From positions 98,688 to 162,687 of the forward strand of contig DBQK01000008.1 of NCBI GenBank assembly GCA_002305195.1: a stretch of DNA of 64,000 nt, in the 5' to 3' direction. This DNA is from Patescibacteria group bacterium UBA1396. Lineage in GTDB: Bacteria > Patescibacteriota > Microgenomatia > UBA1400 > UBA1396. Made by a program: the position numbers and the translations under genes. Positions within the stretch are counted from its first letter, which is position 1. Each line of letters opens with the position of its first letter. Below, in pieces: positions 58,514 through 64,000 of the stretch. The notes beneath the pieces were generated by a model. The model ran no database searches. It had not been told where the DNA came from and saw only the letters and a program-made list of their open reading frames with translations.

Positions 58514-59026
58514 TTATCCTAGCACACCAGATTTACATAATTTGAGAAAATTTTCCACCTCTATCGTCGATTTAAACACTATTAGTCTTTGATCATGATT
58601 CAGATTTGATGTAACAAGTTTAAAAATCTTTTTTCTTGGATAAAACAAAATTTGCATCGCCAAACGCCGACTAAATCTGGGCGGATTACCAAACTTGCTC
58701 GAGTCTTGTGAAAAAAAGGCTTTAAGATATCTTTTTATTGCCCGATAAAAACACAACCCTCGAGGGTAATCAAAAAAAATTACTGCGTCAGATTTTTTAA
58801 GTCTTCTAACCAAAGATCTCTCATAGTTACCATCAATAATCCAAGCTTCTCTTTGTAAAATGGCACTTAATTTTTTATCGAAGACTTTTTTACTTACTCG
58901 AGTGTAATTTGGCAACCAAAAAATTGAGTCTAAATGAATTACTGGCAAATCAACACAATTGGCCAATTGTTTAGCAAAAACTGACTTCCCAGCACCACAA
59001 TTACCGATAATTATTATTTTTTTCAC
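58514..59026 (-). CDS. P-loop NMP-kinase-like protein (topology-modulation/adenylate-kinase-like)
   Basis: 'IIIIGNCGAGKSVFAKQLA'. Confidence 0.55.
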   Translation of the reverse strand: MKKIIIIGNCGAGKSVFAKQLANCVDLPVIHLDSIFWLPNYTRVSKKVFDKKLSAILQREAWIIDGNYERSLVRRLKKSDAVIFFDYPRGLCFYRAIKRYLKAFFSQDSSKFGNPPRFSRRLAMQILFYPRKKIFKLVTSNLNHDQRLIVFKSTIEVENFLKLCKSGVLG

Positions 59027-59104
59027 ACTAATGCTTTAGCCTAAATATTAGTATACTATTAAAACAAATTACTATAAACTCCACAGTCATATCTTGTCTA
59101 AGTT

Positions 59105-59572
59105 ATGTCAGTCCAACCAAATAACCGCAGCACTCCACTAAATCCGGTCGGTCGCTTTATGGTGGCTGTGGGTGCCATCATTCAGTTGAAATCAAGTAAC
59201 AAAATTCTGTTGATTCACAGATCAAACAATCAGGACTGGCAGCCAAGTCATTGGGAAATTATTTATGGACGAATTGATCAGCACGAAGACTTAACCACAG
59301 GCTTAAGAAGAGAGGTGCAAGAAGAAGCTGGAATCACAGATTTGGAAATTGGCCCCTTACTTACACACTGGCATATTTACCGAGGTGCCAAATCTCCCGA
59401 AAATGAAGTTATTGGTGTAACTTTCCAAGCTAAAACCTCTCAAGAAAAAATTAAATTATCGGATGAGCACGATGGCTATCAATGGGTTGAGCCTCAACAA
59501 GCTGTCGATATGATCATGGTTGATGGTATTAAAAGAGACGTGTTGGCTTACATCAAAAATTTATCAAAGTAG
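59105..59572 (+). CDS. NUDIX hydrolase
   Basis: Nudix box 'GRIDQHEDLTTGLRREVQEEAGI'. Confidence 0.8.
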   Translation: MSVQPNNRSTPLNPVGRFMVAVGAIIQLKSSNKILLIHRSNNQDWQPSHWEIIYGRIDQHEDLTTGLRREVQEEAGITDLEIGPLLTHWHIYRGAKSPENEVIGVTFQAKTSQEKIKLSDEHDGYQWVEPQQAVDMIMVDGIKRDVLAYIKNLSK

Positions 59573-59580
59573 TAACAATT

Positions 59581-59964
59581 TTAGTGATGATCCTCTTCGT
59601 CAGCTAAAGCTTCACTTTTTGTCTGATGAATCACACCATCTTTGTGGTGAGGTGGTGCATAAAGTGTGTACAATTTCAAAGGCTTGTCTGGTGAAGTATT
59701 AATTATATTATGTTCCGCTCCGGCCGGAATAATAATCGCTGAGCCATCCTCAATTTTACCTTCTTGCCCATCGATAATTACTTTTCCTTCACCAGCCTCA
59801 ACACGCAAAAATTGATCGTTCTGACTATGAATTTCCAAGCCAATATCTTCATTTGGATCAATCGACATTACCACCAATTGCATATTCTGACCGGTAAATA
59901 ACACTTTACGAAAATACTGATTGTTCAGGGTAATTTCTTCGATGTTGTCTAGATAGCCCTTCAT
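59581..59964 (-). CDS. cupin-domain protein
   Basis: 'EIHSQNDQFLRVEAGEG...IIPAGAEHNI' cupin motifs. Confidence 0.55.
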   Translation of the reverse strand: MKGYLDNIEEITLNNQYFRKVLFTGQNMQLVVMSIDPNEDIGLEIHSQNDQFLRVEAGEGKVIIDGQEGKIEDGSAIIIPAGAEHNIINTSPDKPLKLYTLYAPPHHKDGVIHQTKSEALADEEDHH

Positions 59965-59977
59965 ATTTCTCCTTTCC

Positions 59978-60448
59978 TTAATTTAAAACCCAAATTGCTA
60001 GATTAAGAGCTGATGCCAAACTAACCCAGACCAAATATAGAATAAGTAGATAAGCAGCCCACTTTGACAATGGATAAAATTTCTTAATAGTTAAGGCAAT
60101 CATTGCCCACAGCGGCAAAATAACCAACAAACCCAACGCTGGTGATCGCAAGCCAAAAAATACCGGTGACCAAAGAAAGTTAAGACCTAATTGGATTAAA
60201 AATAATTTACCAGCTGTTCTAACAGATTTTTTCTGCCAACCAAGCTGCCAAATTAAATAAAAAGAAACTCCCATTAAAAAATATAAAAGCGTCCAAACCG
60301 GTGCAAAAAGCCAACCCGGAGGAGTAAAAAATGGTTTATTTAAAGAAGTATACCAACTGGGTATCGCCGAGACAGTAAAAGGTGCTCCTAAAATGCCCAC
60401 CAACTCACAACCTACTACCGAAACAGCTAATTTTATTGTGTTTTTCAC
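59978..60448 (-). CDS. tspO: TspO/MBR tryptophan-rich sensory protein
   Basis: 'WYTSLNKPFFTPPGWLFAPVWTLLY'. Confidence 0.75.
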   Translation of the reverse strand: MKNTIKLAVSVVGCELVGILGAPFTVSAIPSWYTSLNKPFFTPPGWLFAPVWTLLYFLMGVSFYLIWQLGWQKKSVRTAGKLFLIQLGLNFLWSPVFFGLRSPALGLLVILPLWAMIALTIKKFYPLSKWAAYLLILYLVWVSLASALNLAIWVLN

Positions 60449-60489
60449 TAGAAATAGTATGGCCTAAATGAAAAAAAAGAGCAAATAAT

Positions 60490-60810
60490 TTACTTACCCT
60501 TCTTATCCAACTTATCAAAGCCGAAACCCTTAACCAAGTAATAAACCACTAAGGCAATAATCATAAAGTCAATCAGAACAGACAAGAAATTGCCCCACAT
60601 AATATTTACCGGACCAATCGCGGTTGATTTTGCAGATAAATCACCTGCTGCTCCCAAAACAATTCCTAAGATGGGATTTATTATGTCTTGAACCAGTGAA
60701 GAAACCACCTTTGAAACTGAACCACCTAAAATAAAACCCACCGCTAAACCAACGACTCCTTGTTCTCGCACAAACTCGATGAATCCCTTCATACCCAACC
60801 TTTCTCTCAT
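60490..60810 (-). CDS. mscL: large-conductance mechanosensitive channel
   Basis: 'MKGFIEFVREQGVVGLAVGFILGG'. Confidence 0.85.
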   Translation of the reverse strand: MRERLGMKGFIEFVREQGVVGLAVGFILGGSVSKVVSSLVQDIINPILGIVLGAAGDLSAKSTAIGPVNIMWGNFLSVLIDFMIIALVVYYLVKGFGFDKLDKKGK

Positions 60811-60926
60811 ATTTAAATCATTTTACTTGGTTTTCGACAAATATGATATTTTCATTTTGCCTTTTGATAAAAGTTGTGTCATATTAAATGAATATATATT
60901 CACTTCAACACGATATTTAAATAACT

Positions 60927-61298
60927 ATGCCAAGAAATAAAACACCACGTACCATTCTTTCTGAACCTGAAGCGGTTTTTTATAAGCCCCAGGGTGTGTG
61001 TCTAAAAGACCTGCAAGTGGTGGAGTTACAAGACGATGAATTTGAAGCCATCAAGCTTCACGATTTTGATCAACTTTCTCAGGTTGAGGCTGCCCTGGCT
61101 ATGAAAATTTCTCAACCAACTTTTGGTCGCATTTTACACTCGGCTTATCACAAAATTAGTCTGGCCTTGTTTAAAGGCAAAGCCATCGCTATTACCAAAA
61201 AGAAAGGACAAAGCTATGAAAACGGCCAACCTCAAGAGTATTTTGATAATCGTACTGTTTTTTGTGATGTTTGTGGTCGGCATTGCCTGGCTGAATAA
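60927..61298 (+). CDS. DUF134/UPF0251-family predicted DNA-binding protein
   Basis: 'PRNKTPRTI..PEAVFYKPQG..ELQDDEFEAIKLHDFDQLSQVEAALAMKISQPTFGRIL'. Confidence 0.6.
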   Translation: MPRNKTPRTILSEPEAVFYKPQGVCLKDLQVVELQDDEFEAIKLHDFDQLSQVEAALAMKISQPTFGRILHSAYHKISLALFKGKAIAITKKKGQSYENGQPQEYFDNRTVFCDVCGRHCLAE

Positions 61299-62406
61299 AT
61301 TACCAGGTTTTTCCGGCTGGAGATTTAAAAACGATCAGCCAATCAATGGCTTAATAATGCTCATTGAATTCGAAAAAATCGACGGTATTTTGCAGTGGGA
61401 AAAAGAGCTAGATAAACGCAACTTAACAGCAATGGTCAAGGTTCAAAATAATATTTTGAAGGATTACCCTGAGGTTTTCAAACGACTGGCTAGTAAGGGC
61501 TACGAAATCGCTGGTGGTTATGATGAAGAACCGTTCTGGGATATGCCTTATGAAAAACAATATCAGTATCTTAAGGAAGCTAAAGACTTAGTTGAATCAA
61601 CAACTGGATTGCCGATGCGTGTGTTCGGTAGTCGATACTTTGCTTATGATGAAAACACTCTTAAAGCTGCCGATGACCTAGGTATCGAGTATATCCTGGC
61701 ACGCGGAACTCAAGACGTTGCAGCTGTCATTTATGATCCGGCAGAATATGATGTCAAGGTTATTTCGGTAACCAACGTTGAAAATGGCGAAATGGGTCGA
61801 GGTTCGCTGTGTGACTACAGTTTATGGGCGCGCGGCGCCGATGCTCAGGAGTTTGCCACCATCTTGGAGGAAAGCTTGGCAAAAAAACCAAAAAATATGA
61901 TTTTAGTTTCACACTCGTACTTGGGCGGAACGCGTCAAGAATGGTGGGAGGAATATCGAAAAGTTCTGAAGAATGACAAGGTGAGTTGGGTTGGGTTTGA
62001 CACCTGGCTTGAAAAACAAGAGTTGCTAACAATGCCCAATAGCGAAATTCCAATCAATCGCGAGGTTAAGTACGTTCAACCGAAGCCTGCCAAACCAATG
62101 GAGAATTACACTCCAGTGCCTAATCTTGAAAGTGCCGAAGTTATTATGTTTCATAATAATTTAGGTGAGATGTGCCTTGAAGCCATTGAGTTTTTTAAAA
62201 CTCATCAAATTGAATACAAAGAATATCTAAACACCGATTCAGAATTTAGGCAGATGCTAACACAATATCAACAAGAACATCCTACTAGCATGGGTGAATC
62301 GGAAAACTATCAGTACTTACCCATCATTTTTTATGAGGGAAAAGCATACTCAGGATTCAACGAACAAGTAGCTCAAAGCATCTTGTCAGATTGGGAAAGT
62401 AGGTAA
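61216..62406 (+). CDS. membrane-anchored hypothetical protein (ORF opens at 61123; likely start ATG 61216; overlaps upstream gene end)
   Basis: RBS 'aaaggacaaagct' before ATG 61216; N-terminal TM 'ILIIVLFFVMFVVGIAWL'. Confidence 0.4.
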   Translation: MKTANLKSILIIVLFFVMFVVGIAWLNKLPGFSGWRFKNDQPINGLIMLIEFEKIDGILQWEKELDKRNLTAMVKVQNNILKDYPEVFKRLASKGYEIAGGYDEEPFWDMPYEKQYQYLKEAKDLVESTTGLPMRVFGSRYFAYDENTLKAADDLGIEYILARGTQDVAAVIYDPAEYDVKVISVTNVENGEMGRGSLCDYSLWARGADAQEFATILEESLAKKPKNMILVSHSYLGGTRQEWWEEYRKVLKNDKVSWVGFDTWLEKQELLTMPNSEIPINREVKYVQPKPAKPMENYTPVPNLESAEVIMFHNNLGEMCLEAIEFFKTHQIEYKEYLNTDSEFRQMLTQYQQEHPTSMGESENYQYLPIIFYEGKAYSGFNEQVAQSILSDWESR

Positions 62407-62491
62407 AGGAACAAAAAATAGAAAAATAGAAAAATAATTACTGTAATCGGGTAAAACTACAATTACAACAGTTCACTAGATTTTGGATAGC

Positions 62492-62519
62492 TTGACAGCC
62501 CAAAAAAAAGAGATATGAT
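62492..62519 (+). promoter_or_regulatory. sigma70-like promoter (TTGACA-16 nt-TATGAT) driving the T-box-like leader
   Basis: ttgaca 62492-62497, tatgat 62514-62519. Confidence 0.4.
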
Positions 62520-62574
62520 ATCTCCTACTTAACAAGTGAATAAAAACGTTGACCTAAGGAATCAGTAGAGATTC

Positions 62575-62891
62575 ATGAGTGACAAGAGAGAGTTGGTGGT
62601 CGCTGAAAACCAACCGTATCATGCTGATCGAAATACCCTTGGAGAGTTGCAAAGCTGAAAATTATAGTAAGCCACGCCGGGAGCGCCCGTATACAGCGCT
62701 AGAGCATGTCACACCAGAAACAGAGTGCTTGAAAAATAAGATTTATCTTTTAGTTTTCAAGTCCCGTACATGCGGGATTTTTTAATGCCAAAGATAAATA
62801 AAGTGAGGTGGTACCGCCTTTAGCAATAAAGACCCTCACATATTCATCGGTCATAACCGGTGAATGTGTGAGGGTTTTTTTGTAAAAAATA
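62575..62891 (+). ncRNA. candidate T-box riboswitch leader (T-box sequence GGUGGUACCGCC at 62807-62818; mutually exclusive antiterminator/terminator)
   Basis: 'aaagtgaGGTGGTACCGCCttt' near-matches T-box consensus AGGGUGGNACCGCG; 5' flank 'gtgagg' pairs with 'cctcac' (62833-62838), which is also the 5' arm of terminator; AGAGAGAG at 62585-62592. Confidence 0.5.
62833..62891 (+). terminator. intrinsic terminator (18-bp near-perfect stem + U7)
   Basis: ccctcacatattcatcgg...ccggtgaatgtgtgaggg followed by ttttttt. Confidence 0.7.
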
Positions 62892-62902
62892 GAAAGGACT
62901 AT

Positions 62903-63874
62903 ATGTCAATACATAAAGATCGTCTCTTGCCTCCGTTTAGTCAGGAGGCTTTGGGTCTAAGCGAAAACAAGCGACAAGCAGAAATAACTTGGATTAGCTT
63001 GCATAATTGGTTGCATAGCATTTTGAGAGACAGAATTACTGTCTCGCCTGAGCTGGAAAAGCTTGGGTTTATTGGCGGTATTAACAGGACTAATACCGGA
63101 GCACTAACAACCGCTATCGGTCGAGCCCCAACTGAACAACCAATAACTCGTCACATCCAGCCAATTAAAGCTATTGCCAGAAGGCTTGTTTTAGAACAAC
63201 TTGAGCTAGCTCCTTCTACACCACTTACTTTTCTAAAAAACGAGCTTGAATTAGGTTCCGGAGTCCATCTGGTAAAAGAAACTATTGGTCCGGATGTTAA
63301 TAACCCAGGAGAATGGATGGAATCAATGCAGCTTCTCTTGGAAGCGGGCGTATCGCCAGAAAAAATGTTCTTCATTCCCACTTTTAGAGACCCTCTAGAT
63401 GTTGTGGCAAGTTGGAAAAGGATGTGGGGCTGGGAAATCAGTAATTTTCCTTTTGAAAGCTTTAACTTTAGTTTTCAAAAGGTCGAACAAATGGTTCAAG
63501 AAGCCAAGGAAAGAAATATTTTGGTCATACCATACATCCATGAGTTTTTGCGTGACTTTGGCTCGGCTAAAACACTAGCCAGAATCCTAAATATTGTTGG
63601 CTTGCCTTTTAATGAAAACATTATTAACTGGGGAGACGATGATGACCCCTACTGGCAAGGAAACATTGTTAAATACGACGTACCTCCTAACGCTTGGATT
63701 CAAGGTAGCTTAAGTCCAAAACATGGAGGCAGAGGTGGTTTGGAATGGAGACCAATTAAATCAGAGCACAGGCTCACATCGGCAGAGGAAATTATTGTAA
63801 AACAAAAAATTAAAACTGCACTCGATGTCTACAAAAGAATGGAGATTTTAGCCGGACAAATTCTTGCTAAATAA
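62903..63874 (+). CDS. hypothetical protein downstream of T-box-like leader (ORF opens at 62864; likely start ATG 62903 after AAGGA RBS)
   Basis: 324-aa ORF, no family recognised. Confidence 0.5.
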   Translation: MSIHKDRLLPPFSQEALGLSENKRQAEITWISLHNWLHSILRDRITVSPELEKLGFIGGINRTNTGALTTAIGRAPTEQPITRHIQPIKAIARRLVLEQLELAPSTPLTFLKNELELGSGVHLVKETIGPDVNNPGEWMESMQLLLEAGVSPEKMFFIPTFRDPLDVVASWKRMWGWEISNFPFESFNFSFQKVEQMVQEAKERNILVIPYIHEFLRDFGSAKTLARILNIVGLPFNENIINWGDDDDPYWQGNIVKYDVPPNAWIQGSLSPKHGGRGGLEWRPIKSEHRLTSAEEIIVKQKIKTALDVYKRMEILAGQILAK

Positions 63875-64000
63875 ATTACTATGCAAAATTTTCAAGCTAC
63901 ATACAGTTCAAAAATCGGCTCAGCTGCTTTCTCAATAAAAAAGGCAGTCGTGGCTGGATCAAAACTAAATTGCAGCCTCACCTACACCGTGGGTGAGGCT

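Noticed and set aside
62416-62440. Short tandem 'gaaaaata' x3 repeat after the 61216 gene stop
   Set aside because: Only three units of an A-rich octamer in AT-rich intergenic DNA; consistent with chance or simple slippage.
62579-62785. 68-aa ORF overlapping the T-box-like leader
   Set aside because: Lies inside a structured leader with terminator hairpins; sequence features are better explained as RNA.
1-64000. CRISPR array, rRNA genes, IS elements with terminal inverted repeats
   Set aside because: No spaced direct repeats, no rRNA-like conserved stretches, and no transposase ORFs were found on either strand.

Overview
This 64-kb window is AT-rich (~40% GC) and gene-dense with short intergenic spacers. 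It looks like a small-genome bacterium, possibly a Patescibacteria/CPR-type lineage, but that is inferred only from gene content and style. Standard genetic code appears to be used. Three parts stand out. (1) An ~8-kb accessory island at ~618-8631 ends in a large serine recombinase and carries an OLD-family ABC-ATPase/TOPRIM nuclease convergent with a two-gene module of unknown function, a MerR/Xis-type HTH protein and several hypotheticals; it is followed by an anomalous GC-rich non-coding segment (8632-9053). This is the most likely location of an undescribed defence or mobile system. (2) Two cell-envelope glycan biosynthesis blocks (9054-21288 and 41836-55923) contain GT-C membrane glycosyltransferases, GT2/GT4 enzymes, a WecA/MraY-like phosphotransferase next to a UbiA-family (DPPR-synthase-like) prenyl-phosphate phosphoribosyltransferase, a PglC-like initiating phosphoglycosyltransferase, ManC, Gmd with a reductase, a nucleotide-sugar dehydrogenase, and rfbBCD. 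(3) Housekeeping genes lie in between: ftsH, xerC/D-like, miaB-miaA, divergent lexA and uvrB, rpmG, tRNA-Thr(UGU), glyS, recO-like, a 5'-3' exonuclease, mscL, tspO and NUDIX. Other signals: a T-box-like leader with terminator/antiterminator upstream of an unknown gene at 62903; a 90-nt imperfect hairpin in the divergent promoter region of the OLD gene; a recurrent family of perfect GC-rich palindromes (10-30 bp, often containing GCGGCCGC) embedded inside coding sequences; and tandem paralogous small acidic proteins co-operonic with rpmG. No CRISPR array or rRNA was seen.
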